Positions 27,224 through 36,825 are shown, counted from the first letter of the stretch. The stretch is DNA of 64,000 nt from an uncultured Candidatus Saccharibacteria bacterium (GCA_964626635.1 CAZVFY010000004.1:530-64529); one strand, 5' to 3'. Notes: generated from the letters alone by a model not told the origin. A program made the numbers and translations.

Positions 27224-29521
27224 ATGTTTGCCCTCAAACCATTCCAAGAAAAAGCTCTCACTGACCTTCGTTCCGTCTTCCTCAATTTATGGAAGCGCGA
27301 AGAGTCTCAGTTACCGTTGGTATTTCAGTCACCGACTGGTTCAGGGAAGACCATCATGACAGCTCAGTTCCTGAAAGACCTCACCGGCGACCCACAGTTC
27401 CAAGCAGACAAAGCGTTCTTGTGGATTTCATTTAGCCCCGACTCATACCAACAAAGTAAAGATAAACTATATAAATATTATGGTGGTGCAGGCGAACTCA
27501 ACTTGCTCGACATGAACGATCTCTCGCAAGGCAAGTTATATAACAATGACGTCTTTTTTATCAACTGGCAGAAGGTCGTATCAAAAGCCAAAGAGAACCG
27601 TAAGCTTCGTAGTGAGAACGAACAAGGTGTTTGGTTTGATCGATTTATTGAAGCTACTAAGTCAGCTGGTCGTGAGTTAGTGCTATTGGTAGACGAAGCT
27701 CATACGCACTCTAGTACAGCACTAGCACAAGAAATCATCGACCTCATTGACCCACGTATCATCATCAAAATCACTGCCACTCCGCAAGATACTGATGTAG
27801 TGCAAGCCGCTAAACTGGGATCGTATGTACAAGTAGATCGTGAGGCGGTTGTTGAGCAAGGTCTAATTAAAGAAAAACTTATTTTCCAGACCGAAGATGA
27901 GGTGAAGAAGCTTACTTCTAAACACATCTCCAAAGATGAAGTATTGCTCAAGCTGGCTGTACAGAAACGAGCTGAACTTGAAGTGGGTTACCAAGAAGCG
28001 CAAACATCTGTTAAACCACTCGTTCTGATTCAGCTCCCAAACGACTACAAAGAAACTAAAGTAGTTGAAGTAGACTCGAAAGAAGCCTTGGTGCGACAGT
28101 TTCTCTCAGAACAAGGTGTGCTCGATCACCAAATCGCTACCTGGCTATCTGGTCGGCAAGAAAATCTAGATGGTATCGAACGTCACGACTCACCAATTGA
28201 GTATCTCATATTTAAACAAGCAGCCGCGACTGGTTGGGATTGTCCACGAGCTAGTATCTTGGTAATGTTTCGAGAAATTAAAAACCCAACATTTCAGATA
28301 CAAACCATCGGTCGTATTCTGCGTATGCCTGAAGCCAAGCACTACAGTTTGCCACTATTAAACAGCGCCTATATCTACACTGACTACGAGCGAAATACTA
28401 TTATTGATGGTTATGATCGTGACGCTAACGCGAGTTCATTGCCATCGTGGAATCGTATCGAACGAAAGTCAGATATTGAGCCAATAACACTTACGTCTCA
28501 CGACTTATCCCGTACTGACTACAACGACCTTGGCGATAGTTTTCAGCACACTTTTTTGGAACAAGCACACAGTTTCTTTGGTACTACTGATAAAACTAAA
28601 CCAGCAACTGTCTTGAAGCAACTTAAAGAACAAGGTCTAGCGGTCGATGGTGTCCATCAAGATATCATTGTAAACCTTGAAATCGAAGACTATGATAACT
28701 ACCTAGAAAATCTCCAAGCTCATGGAGTGACCGCGTCGACTGAACTAACAGAGACAGATGTTGAGCGTATCTATAATCTTCTGTGCTACGACATCGTTGC
28801 CAAGCAAGACGAAGAAAAAGCTAAGTACGCACCAGCTCGGTCATGGGGCAAGCTCAAAACTGCACTTAATGTGTGGCTTGGAACTGCCACTAAGCTCTCA
28901 CGTTCAGAAATCTACGCTATGGTGGTAAATGATCTCAGTCGTCCAGCTAGCGTACTGCGGCCACTTGTCACGAAATCGTTTATAGCATACCGCCCCGTGC
29001 GTGACGGTGAAGTGATTAAGAAACAAGAACGCCAGCAAACAGTCCGTACGCTTGAACTTCCACCGCAGACACTATTTGTATCAGATGGTATCAAGAAGAA
29101 ATACCAGAAATCCGCCATGGAACCAGTGCTCACACCTGACCATATGCCAGACAATGAGAAGAAATTCATCGACTTTCTCGAAGATCACGCAAAAGTACAG
29201 TGGTGGTACAAAAATGGTGACAAAGGTACGGAACACTTTGCGTTGCCTTACACGCACAATGGCAAACAAAATCTCTTTTACCTTGACTGGATTATCAAAA
29301 CTAAATCATCTCTCTGGATTATCGACACTAAGAGCGGTATGACCGCCAAAGACGCAGAGACAAAAGCGAAAGCTGAGTCACTGCAACAGTGGCTCAAAAC
29401 ACAGACTGGTATTGAAGGCGGTATTGTCCGCCCAGCTGACGGTTGGTTTATCCATCGAGGCAAGAAATATGCCTATGAACTGGAGAATGGCTGGGAGGAC
29501 TTGAACAAAGTGCTGGTTTAG
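27224..29521 (+). CDS. res: Type III restriction enzyme Res subunit (SF2 helicase + C-terminal PD-ExK nuclease)
   Basis: Motif I SPTGSGKT, DEAH, motif VI QTIGRILR; C-terminal YLDWII…LWIIDTKSG nuclease motif; 1-nt gap after mod. Confidence 0.85.
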   Translation: MFALKPFQEKALTDLRSVFLNLWKREESQLPLVFQSPTGSGKTIMTAQFLKDLTGDPQFQADKAFLWISFSPDSYQQSKDKLYKYYGGAGELNLLDMNDLSQGKLYNNDVFFINWQKVVSKAKENRKLRSENEQGVWFDRFIEATKSAGRELVLLVDEAHTHSSTALAQEIIDLIDPRIIIKITATPQDTDVVQAAKLGSYVQVDREAVVEQGLIKEKLIFQTEDEVKKLTSKHISKDEVLLKLAVQKRAELEVGYQEAQTSVKPLVLIQLPNDYKETKVVEVDSKEALVRQFLSEQGVLDHQIATWLSGRQENLDGIERHDSPIEYLIFKQAAATGWDCPRASILVMFREIKNPTFQIQTIGRILRMPEAKHYSLPLLNSAYIYTDYERNTIIDGYDRDANASSLPSWNRIERKSDIEPITLTSHDLSRTDYNDLGDSFQHTFLEQAHSFFGTTDKTKPATVLKQLKEQGLAVDGVHQDIIVNLEIEDYDNYLENLQAHGVTASTELTETDVERIYNLLCYDIVAKQDEEKAKYAPARSWGKLKTALNVWLGTATKLSRSEIYAMVVNDLSRPASVLRPLVTKSFIAYRPVRDGEVIKKQERQQTVRTLELPPQTLFVSDGIKKKYQKSAMEPVLTPDHMPDNEKKFIDFLEDHAKVQWWYKNGDKGTEHFALPYTHNGKQNLFYLDWIIKTKSSLWIIDTKSGMTAKDAETKAKAESLQQWLKTQTGIEGGIVRPADGWFIHRGKKYAYELENGWEDLNKVLV

Positions 29522-30558
29522 TCGGTAGTGACAATCAAGTTTCGTAGTTGTTGTTCAACATCATACGCATCAGCGTGAGACAAGACACCAAGAAATGATT
29601 GCAGTGAAGCATTAAGTTTATCCTCTTCAATCTCACCAGCTTTGTATTCTCGCACTTTTTCAGCAAACTTACGTTGCATCCGTCTTTTAGTTTTAGTCCT
29701 CACCGATCGGTGATGTGGTCGTATGACATAACCAAGAAAATCGATACCTGATTTCAGCGTTCGGATTGATACTTTCTCAGGGTGTAGTTCCAGCTCCAGT
29801 CGCACACGCAAAAATGCTGTGATTGAGGGTAACAGTGATTGTAGATAGTCGTGAGAATCAGAAACTATCACAAAGTCGTCTGTGTACCGAGCATAGTGCT
29901 TCACTTTCAATTCGTGCTTCATGAATTGATCAAACTCGTTCATGTACACATTCGCAAACAGCTGTGACGTCAGGTTACCAATCGGCAGGCCTCGTTGCTC
30001 GAACAATGATTCAGACGTGGAAAAGCTACTCACTATTTCTTGCAGTATCCACTGCACATCTGGGTCAGTAATTTTACGAAACAACAACTCCAACAAAATC
30101 TCATGATCAACACTATCAAAAAACTTCTTAATATCACACTTCAACACAAAACAAGGATGCGTATAGTTTTTGCTCACCTTTCTCGTTATGGTTTCCAGTC
30201 GCTTCATGCCAACATGATTACCTTTACCAATTCGACACGAGAACGAATCGTTAATAAAGGTGGGCTCAAACAATGGGTTCAGGAGCTTAAACAAAGCATG
30301 ATGCACCACCCGATCGCGAACGGTTGCTTTGTGGATGTGTCGCACTTTTGGATCAGAAATGTAGAAACCAAAGTATGGTTGGTGACGGTATGTTTTATCT
30401 CGCAAATCTTCATGCAACGACAACAAGTTTTGCTCCAATCGATACTCAAACAACGCTACGTCTTTCTTCTTGCGTTTACCTTTCTTAAACCGATCCCACG
30501 ACAACAGCAAGTTAGCTGGTGAAATTATTAGTCTGTATAGATTATTAAACGTTTTCAT
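29518..30558 (-). CDS. diversity-generating retroelement reverse transcriptase
   Basis: RT motifs 1-7, including ATVRDRVVHHAL and the DGR-typical GLPIGNLTSQLFANVY; YTDDFVIV (YxDD); strong resemblance to Bordetella phage bRT. Start set at MKTFNN. Confidence 0.9.
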   Translation of the reverse strand: MKTFNNLYRLIISPANLLLSWDRFKKGKRKKKDVALFEYRLEQNLLSLHEDLRDKTYRHQPYFGFYISDPKVRHIHKATVRDRVVHHALFKLLNPLFEPTFINDSFSCRIGKGNHVGMKRLETITRKVSKNYTHPCFVLKCDIKKFFDSVDHEILLELLFRKITDPDVQWILQEIVSSFSTSESLFEQRGLPIGNLTSQLFANVYMNEFDQFMKHELKVKHYARYTDDFVIVSDSHDYLQSLLPSITAFLRVRLELELHPEKVSIRTLKSGIDFLGYVIRPHHRSVRTKTKRRMQRKFAEKVREYKAGEIEEDKLNASLQSFLGVLSHADAYDVEQQLRNLIVTTD

Positions 30559-30906
30559 ATGAATGAATTTGATGTTCCGATTTTTCAAAAGTCATACGAT
30601 TTGTATAAACAAATGCATGAGTATCAAAAACTGATTCCTAAGCACGATAGATACACGGTATATAGTCGCGCCGAAGATTGTTTATTGGCAGTGTTGTCAA
30701 GCTTGTTCAAAGCTAGTGCTGCCAACAAAAGTAACAAACTTATCTTGCTCGAAGAGGCTAGCACCGAACTCAACCTGCTCCGCGTGTTTTTACGACTTCT
30801 CAAAGACATCAAGTCACTCGATAACAACAAATACCTGTCGTTGCAGTCTGAAATAGATGAGATTGGTCGTATGCTGGGTGGCTGGATAAAGTCGGTCAAG
30901 AGATGA
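30559..30906 (+). CDS. avd: DGR accessory variability determinant (Avd, four-helix-bundle protein)
   Basis: …AANKSNKLILLEEASTELNLLRVFLRLL…DEIGRMLGGWIKSVKR aligns with bAvd (…AGKSNQVSKLYAADAGLAMLRFWLRFL…AEVGRILGSWIARVNR); 115 aa. Confidence 0.8.
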   Translation: MNEFDVPIFQKSYDLYKQMHEYQKLIPKHDRYTVYSRAEDCLLAVLSSLFKASAANKSNKLILLEEASTELNLLRVFLRLLKDIKSLDNNKYLSLQSEIDEIGRMLGGWIKSVKR

Positions 30907-30951
30907 CAAAACGCATCCATTATGGATGCGTTTTGTGTCAGCGAGACATTT

Positions 30952-31077
30952 CGGAAGAACACCCGAAGCCGACCCATAGTTGTCGTTGGCATTGTCGGTC
31001 CAGTTCGTGTCGAACTTGACCTTGCCGTCGTTGAACTTGAAGTTCGGGGCGTGGTCAAAGCGATCATCGGCATCCGG
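30952..31077 (-). repeat. DGR template repeat (TR)
   Basis: ~126-bp copy of 31465-31590. Every one of ~20 mismatches sits where this copy has A (minus strand) and the other copy has a different base. Confidence 0.85.
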
Positions 31078-31347
31078 CTACTGTCTGTATCCATCCGTAC
31101 CACCAACAATTGAGTATGATTCTTGTTGGCAACAAGATATGCTCTCGTGTTTGTATTTTATGTGAAAGCAGAGGCTGTAATAACCCCATCTTTACCAGAC
31201 ACAGACAAGCAATGTCTTTGTGACGATAGTGCGCTCACTATATCCATAGACACAGTGATTCTGACTATTTCTTTGTCGAACAAAGAGAGTACGGTGGCAG
31301 AAATCCGTAAACGCCTGCTCAATACGGTAACTCATAGGTAGTATAAC

Positions 31348-31382
31348 AAAAAAGATGCCCCTGACCGTTTCCAGTCAGGGGC
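31348..31382 (-). terminator. rho-independent terminator for DGR target gene (9-bp GC stem + T-run on minus strand)
   Basis: gcccctgac-cgtttcca-gtcaggggc preceded on + strand by AAAAAAG. Confidence 0.5.
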
Positions 31383-31458
31383 AAAATTTGCATCGAGTTG
31401 CTTCGCAACAAGTCAAAAATCAAAGACTCAAAAGGTTCAAGCCTTCAATTTTCAAAGA

Positions 31459-32370
31459 TCACTGCGGAAGAACACCCGAAGCCGACCCATAGCGGTCGTC
31501 GGCATAGTCGGCCCAGAACGCGCCGAACTTGACCCCGCCGTCGTTGAACCCGAAGACCGGGGCGCGGCCAAAGCGACCATCGGCAACCGGATCATCGAAC
31601 TCGTCGCCAGCGCAGTCAATCCAGAGATCGTCATAGCGCTGGAGACGTTCGGGATGGGTGAGCAACATGACACCGACAGCAAACGAACCGAGACCGTACT
31701 GACCCTGGTCGACCATGACCTCGCGAGCACGGCGAACCGAACGACCGCGATGAGTGAGACCGAACTGGGCAGCGATCACGAGGATATCGGGATGACCCTG
31801 TTCCTCGGAAAGCTTCCGCATCGTTGCTTCGGTACGAGCCGATTGGCGGAGATGCTTCGGGCCGAGCTGACCGTCACGGTAGTTGTAGAACGCACCGTCA
31901 CGATCCTGCTTGATCAGGTCGAGGACGCGAACAACATTGTCGTTGTAGGTGCCGGGCACGGGCGAATTGTCCTTCCAGATGTTGGGGATAGCGAACCATC
32001 CTTCGGCACCCTTGGGCAGTTCGCCCGGGTCGGCAACTTCGGCCCCTTCTAGCTGCGGATACAGCTCCTTGAGACGCGTGACCTGATCGGCGAGCTGCTT
32101 GGGCTCGTAGCCCGACAGGTAGCCATAGGTCGATTCGACCTCTTCATCTTTGTATTTGTCGTTGGTCGACAGCTCAGTGAGAGCGAGGACGGTCGCTGCA
32201 TGAATGCGGGCAGAAAAGTCTGCACTGCCTTTCACACGTTCAGCACCTTGCTTGCTGAGATAGTTGGCGTCGGCATAAGCCTTCACCGCCTTCTCGACAG
32301 CATCGGTAGCCATGCGGTTGAGTTGCTTGACTTGACCGTCAGTGGCCAGTTCATGAGTAAGCGTTGTCAT
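31459..32370 (-). CDS. DGR target (variable) protein; VR occupies last ~42 codons
   Basis: C-terminus …DDRYGSASGVLPQ encoded by the VR; the conserved 3' end is shared with the TR. Confidence 0.8.
   Translation of the reverse strand: MTTLTHELATDGQVKQLNRMATDAVEKAVKAYADANYLSKQGAERVKGSADFSARIHAATVLALTELSTNDKYKDEEVESTYGYLSGYEPKQLADQVTRLKELYPQLEGAEVADPGELPKGAEGWFAIPNIWKDNSPVPGTYNDNVVRVLDLIKQDRDGAFYNYRDGQLGPKHLRQSARTEATMRKLSEEQGHPDILVIAAQFGLTHRGRSVRRAREVMVDQGQYGLGSFAVGVMLLTHPERLQRYDDLWIDCAGDEFDDPVADGRFGRAPVFGFNDGGVKFGAFWADYADDRYGSASGVLPQ
31465..31590 (-). repeat. DGR variable repeat (VR)
   Basis: Homologous to TR, with substitutions exclusively at TR adenine positions. Confidence 0.85.
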
Positions 32371-32423
32371 AACGTTAGCTCCAATTGCCAGATTCGCTCT
32401 GGTCGTTGCGGTTTATCTTCCAG

Positions 32424-32480
32424 AAATGAGACAAACACACTATTTCCCAACGAGTGGGAGACAGTGTGTTTGTCTCATTT
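32424..32480. other. perfect 18-bp-stem hairpin with a nested 5-bp hairpin in its loop
   Basis: aaatgagacaaacacact-[atttcccaacgagtgggagac]-agtgtgtttgtctcattt; between the DGR target start and the upstream gene stop. Confidence 0.7.
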
Positions 32481-32537
32481 GTAGTGATTTTTATGTAAAG
32501 AACAAGTGACCTACGATAACACGAATTCAATTAAAAG

Positions 32538-34031
32538 TCAATCTGACGCTGTCGCCTTCCATTCTGTTAGCTTACTGGCTTCTTCTTCAAATCGCTCTAA
32601 ACTTTTAAACTGTTTTGGTTCTAAGTTATGTAGCTCAATACCAGGATCAGGCAGGAATATCTGCAAGGGGTATTTATCCTTGTTGTCATACACCATCTGA
32701 TTTATGTGGTCATCAAGATGACGAAAGCAAAAGTTGAGTAACTCCACCGACTTCGCAATTTCATCTAGCTGAGCGTTGATTTTGTGCGTCACATTAACAC
32801 CAATCATCTCAGACATCCGTTCCGCTACTTCCTTGAAAGCGAGAAGATATTGGTAGTTCTCATAGACATGAGATTGATGAAGTAGGTAGTTAGGGAAAGC
32901 GAATAGTATAAGGTCGTCTACCTGCTTTTCGTATTCAGTCACAAATGCTGACTGTGACTTAGACTTCACCAAGCTTTTACCTGAGATGTATGTTTTGTTA
33001 AGACTCACTTCAAAGAACCGAGTTGGACACTGCTCGATCTCTATCTTTCCGTTCTTGATCAATGTCTTTAGTTTTCGTTCACTTTTATCTTTGGCTTTGA
33101 GCCACAACTGCATCAGTTCGTTATGTGGTAACTTGGTCTCTCCTTCGTAGGTAGTGTGACCAGTGCAGTTACACAGTGGTATGTACTCACTAAAGAATAA
33201 GCCATCACGCACAGTGTCACTTACCACCTGTTCTAGCTTGTATCGGAGATCACTTAGCTGACCGAGCTTGGTGCGCAGTTCGTCCTCGTCTTCATATGCA
33301 ATGTTATGTCTTGATGCCAGTCGTTTGCCGAACTCAAGCATTGAGTAGCCAGCAAAGTGGGTATTAAAGAGCACTTGCTTTATATTGATCTTTTTATCGA
33401 GAAAAGACAGCTCATGTCCCCACGGAATCGTATCGATAATGATTTTGGTTAATGTCTCTACGTCTCCATCATTTAATGACTCTTTGCCGTGTACTATGCG
33501 AGCTAGTTGTTCCTCAGTTAAAAAGTAGCTGTGATTAGTATCTGCAATGGAGTCTAAGAGTAAGATGTCTGACTGAATATCTTTTGGTAATGAGTGTAGT
33601 GTGACGAGGTGTGCCAGTCGGTCGTATTCATACCCAGAGTATTGCAGAAAAAATTGACGCAGCTCTTCTCGTTGATCATCGGGAATAATCCGATCAAGAT
33701 AATATTTCCGTTGTCCTTCATCGTTCTTTTTAATATCAAACAGTGTTGCGGTATGCTCGAGGCGAGATAGTGCCAGCATAGTCGTGAGGTAATTAGTCTG
33801 CATATCAAACTCCAGTCGCCCGAACATATCCCAGAGATTGATGTACTGATTGTATTTTTCGGCTTCACGATAGTCTTGAGGTTTCCAGTTTATGGTCAGT
33901 GCCACCATATCTGCCTCACTAATCAGCTCCTTGCCAGTCTTTTGGAAATGAGCATCATTTCGGATCACTAAAAGTACCCGCTCTTTCGGCGTTAGGTTTC
34001 CTTTGCGTAGCATTTTAGTGATGTCTTTCAT
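32538..34031 (-). CDS. hypothetical protein (497 aa)
   Basis: Long ORF, no recognisable motif. Confidence 0.5.
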   Translation of the reverse strand: MKDITKMLRKGNLTPKERVLLVIRNDAHFQKTGKELISEADMVALTINWKPQDYREAEKYNQYINLWDMFGRLEFDMQTNYLTTMLALSRLEHTATLFDIKKNDEGQRKYYLDRIIPDDQREELRQFFLQYSGYEYDRLAHLVTLHSLPKDIQSDILLLDSIADTNHSYFLTEEQLARIVHGKESLNDGDVETLTKIIIDTIPWGHELSFLDKKINIKQVLFNTHFAGYSMLEFGKRLASRHNIAYEDEDELRTKLGQLSDLRYKLEQVVSDTVRDGLFFSEYIPLCNCTGHTTYEGETKLPHNELMQLWLKAKDKSERKLKTLIKNGKIEIEQCPTRFFEVSLNKTYISGKSLVKSKSQSAFVTEYEKQVDDLILFAFPNYLLHQSHVYENYQYLLAFKEVAERMSEMIGVNVTHKINAQLDEIAKSVELLNFCFRHLDDHINQMVYDNKDKYPLQIFLPDPGIELHNLEPKQFKSLERFEEEASKLTEWKATASD

Positions 34032-34033
34032 AC

Positions 34034-34240
34034 TTACCTTCGTTCACTTAAGAGTTGTTCTAATACATCGATACGTTGTTTGAGTTCAAGGTTAGAGATA
34101 TTCTTCGATAGAGCTAGTGCTAGTCGAGAGATGGTTTGTGCTCGCTTCGGTGAAATTTTGCGAGTAGCGACTTGTAGCAAGGCTTCAGAGAGAATTACGT
34201 TCACTTCTTCTAAGGTGAGTAATTTTTGTGTTTCGTTCAT
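34034..34240 (-). CDS. hypothetical small coiled-coil protein (68 aa)
   Basis: ORF 2 nt downstream of the next gene. Confidence 0.35.
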   Translation of the reverse strand: MNETQKLLTLEEVNVILSEALLQVATRKISPKRAQTISRLALALSKNISNLELKQRIDVLEQLLSERR

Positions 34241-34242
34241 AT

Positions 34243-34635
34243 TTAATAATTTTCGATTAATTCAAACCACGTCTTTACTTCCTTCGACTTACCGTGCTTC
34301 GTGACGTTCTTATACAAAGCCAGCACCACGTTTGGGGTTAGCTTTCGTGCCCACGCACAAGTGTGTTCGACCAACCCTTCTTCTTCGATAATCTTGTTCC
34401 AGTCAGTGAGCGTACCAAGGTCTTTGATATCGTATTCCGCTGCAAAATCTTTTTGAGTTTTGATACGAAGCAAATCAATCACTACTTCGTCCTCAATACC
34501 CATCTTGCGTATCACCGCTTCTGGCTGACCACGAAGAAACGTTGGTAGTGACTTCCATGTTACGTAGGTGGTAAAATCTTGTTTGCGGTACACACCATCA
34601 CTTTTCTTTGGTTGTTCATTGTGGGGTGTGTTCAT
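34243..34635 (-). CDS. hypothetical protein (130 aa)
   Basis: ORF overlapping the methyltransferase gene by 20 nt. Confidence 0.4.
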   Translation of the reverse strand: MNTPHNEQPKKSDGVYRKQDFTTYVTWKSLPTFLRGQPEAVIRKMGIEDEVVIDLLRIKTQKDFAAEYDIKDLGTLTDWNKIIEEEGLVEHTCAWARKLTPNVVLALYKNVTKHGKSKEVKTWFELIENY

Positions 34636-35392
34636 AATTCCTTACCAATTTTCGTTTCTGACCCGTTAGTTTCTCCAGTCGCTTAAGTGCAATCTCCACA
34701 TACTCGGCATCTTGCTCAATCCCAACGCACTGCCGACCCAACTGTTCGCAAGCGAGTGCTGTACTGCCACTTCCTAAGAAGCCATCAAATACCACGTCCT
34801 CAATCTTGGTGACATTACGAATCAGTTTACGAAGTAGCCCAATCGGCTTTTGGGTTGGGTGGAGTTTCGATTTCTGTGGTCGTGGATGATAGATCGCACT
34901 CCGCATTTGTGACGCTAGCTTCTTATGCTTACCAAACCAGCCATAAGCGATAAGTTCTTGTTGGGGCAAGTAGTCCATCCGACCCATGACAGGTTGATTC
35001 TTTAGCCACACTAACATCTGGCTGAAATGAAATTCAGCTGTGTATACGCCGGTGCGTAGTGCCAAGAACATCGTGTCACAGTTAAAGATATGAAAGGTGT
35101 TGTATGTATCGAGGTGTGGTTTGATGGAATCAAGCCACGACTCGGTAAAGCGAGCGTATTCGTACTCACTCTGGAGATGATCACCCTTGATAGCTTTGGC
35201 GTTAGACACACCGAGCTCAGCCACTCCTTCTTTATTTTGAACGTACGCCACTCCATACGGTGGATCGGTCACAATCGCTCGTACTTTCTGACCCTGCAAT
35301 ACTTCAGACACAAACGAAGCGTTGCAGCTATCACCACAACCAATGAGATGTGTACCTACTAGGTAGATGTCTCCGTGTCGTATCTTTTTCAT
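34616..35392 (-). CDS. DNA methyltransferase (beta-class N6A/N4C, pfam01555-like)
   Basis: IVTDPPYGVAY (motif IV) then HPTQKP and VVFDGFLGSGSTALAC (motif I). Confidence 0.8.
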   Translation of the reverse strand: MKKIRHGDIYLVGTHLIGCGDSCNASFVSEVLQGQKVRAIVTDPPYGVAYVQNKEGVAELGVSNAKAIKGDHLQSEYEYARFTESWLDSIKPHLDTYNTFHIFNCDTMFLALRTGVYTAEFHFSQMLVWLKNQPVMGRMDYLPQQELIAYGWFGKHKKLASQMRSAIYHPRPQKSKLHPTQKPIGLLRKLIRNVTKIEDVVFDGFLGSGSTALACEQLGRQCVGIEQDAEYVEIALKRLEKLTGQKRKLVRNYEHTPQ

Positions 35393-36672
35393 ACGCGCTT
35401 AGCAGTTTGCTTTGTAAACTTCTCGAAGCGGTCAATGATGACACTCGCAAATACAGGATCAAGCTCGACTCCATACCACTTACGATGCAATTGTTCGCAG
35501 GCAATTAGGTCACTGCCACTGCCTCCAAAGCCAGAAAACACAACGTGACCGGGAGCAGTACAACGCTTCAGGGGTTTTTCACTCAAACCAACAGGCTTCT
35601 GTGTCGGGTGCAAATAATCTTGGGTGTTGTCTCGCTTCACAATCCACAAATCGATCATGTCTAGCAATTCTTCATGGAGCTGATTACCACTTGATACTTC
35701 TTGGTTCAATATCTCGTGAGCGTTCTTGAGATTCTGATTCAGATGTGGTTTGCCAGTAGTACCGTAAATACAGGGCTCATGGACTCGATTGAAAGCCGTC
35801 TGCGGGGTCGGGTTCATGTTGTTTTTTGCCCACAAACAGAGTCGCTTGAAGTGTATCTTTTGCTCTGCAAATATTGTCTGAAGTGCACCGATGTACTTGG
35901 AATCATTCCAGACAAAGTAGTGTGCATTTGGTAGTGCAATTGTTCGGGCAGTTGCAAGACTCTGGGCTAGAAACTCTATATATGCTTTGTCAGTTTTTGA
36001 ATCATCTTTAGATGAATAACCGCCTCCATATTTTTTGCCGTTTCCAATACCTTTGTCATATGAAAGCCCAATATTATAAGGCGGATCAAAATAAATTAGA
36101 TGCGCTTTAGTGTCACCCATGAATTTAGATACCAGCTTTTGGTCAGTTGAATCGCCCACGAGCAGGAAATGTTCACCTAATTGCCACACTTCACCAGTCT
36201 TGGCTCTTGGCTTATCCATTTCTTCAATCGCTTTCTCAACATCATAGTCGTCCTCAGCCAATTCAACGTCATCAAAAAAGTCTTGCAGTTCTTCGTCCGC
36301 AAACCCAACGTCAAGCAGGACATCGAGGTCAAATGCCTTCAGAAGCTCTTCATCCCAAGACCCGGTGTTGTGATTTAAGCGAAGATTCAGCTCACGTTCT
36401 TCTTCGAGTGTGAGTTCCCGAGAGGGAATCATACACTCGACTTCTTTGTATCCAAGGTCAGCGTATATCTTTACTCGTTGCTCACCCCCGATCAGAACAT
36501 CAGCTCGTGAGCCGATGTTTAGCACTACTGGTACCACCGCACCAAATTCCTCGATTGATTTTTGAAGATTGTGCCGTTCTTCTCCCTCCATCTTGCGTGG
36601 GTTATACCCATTGGGTGTGAGGTCTTTCACCTTACGCTTCGTGGATGACCACGTTATCTTTTTCGATTTCAT
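35389..36672 (-). CDS. ParB-like nuclease domain / DNA methyltransferase fusion
   Basis: N-terminal ParB/Srx fold (…NPRKMEGEERHNLQKSIEEFG…); LIYFDPPYNIG; HPTQKP; VVFSGFGGSGSDLIACEQL. Confidence 0.8.
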   Translation of the reverse strand: MKSKKITWSSTKRKVKDLTPNGYNPRKMEGEERHNLQKSIEEFGAVVPVVLNIGSRADVLIGGEQRVKIYADLGYKEVECMIPSRELTLEEERELNLRLNHNTGSWDEELLKAFDLDVLLDVGFADEELQDFFDDVELAEDDYDVEKAIEEMDKPRAKTGEVWQLGEHFLLVGDSTDQKLVSKFMGDTKAHLIYFDPPYNIGLSYDKGIGNGKKYGGGYSSKDDSKTDKAYIEFLAQSLATARTIALPNAHYFVWNDSKYIGALQTIFAEQKIHFKRLCLWAKNNMNPTPQTAFNRVHEPCIYGTTGKPHLNQNLKNAHEILNQEVSSGNQLHEELLDMIDLWIVKRDNTQDYLHPTQKPVGLSEKPLKRCTAPGHVVFSGFGGSGSDLIACEQLHRKWYGVELDPVFASVIIDRFEKFTKQTAKRV

Positions 36673-36825
36673 AATACTGTTTTCTTAGGCACGCTATGTG
36701 CGTGTTAGTATCAGCATCACATTTTTAAAGCCTCTTGAATAAGGTGAGCAAATTAGAGTAAATCAAAAATAAGCCTTGTAAAATACAAGACTTTTATAAC
36801 TATCCCCAGGCAAGTTTACTCCTTC

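Noticed and set aside
30624-31109. 161-aa minus-strand ORF spanning avd and the TR; also 31452..31730 (-)
   Set aside because: Both are the same repeat read in a wrong frame (shared peptide …SGPTMPTT.MGRLRVFFR). avd on the plus strand has a convincing Avd match, and the VR belongs to frame 31459..32370.
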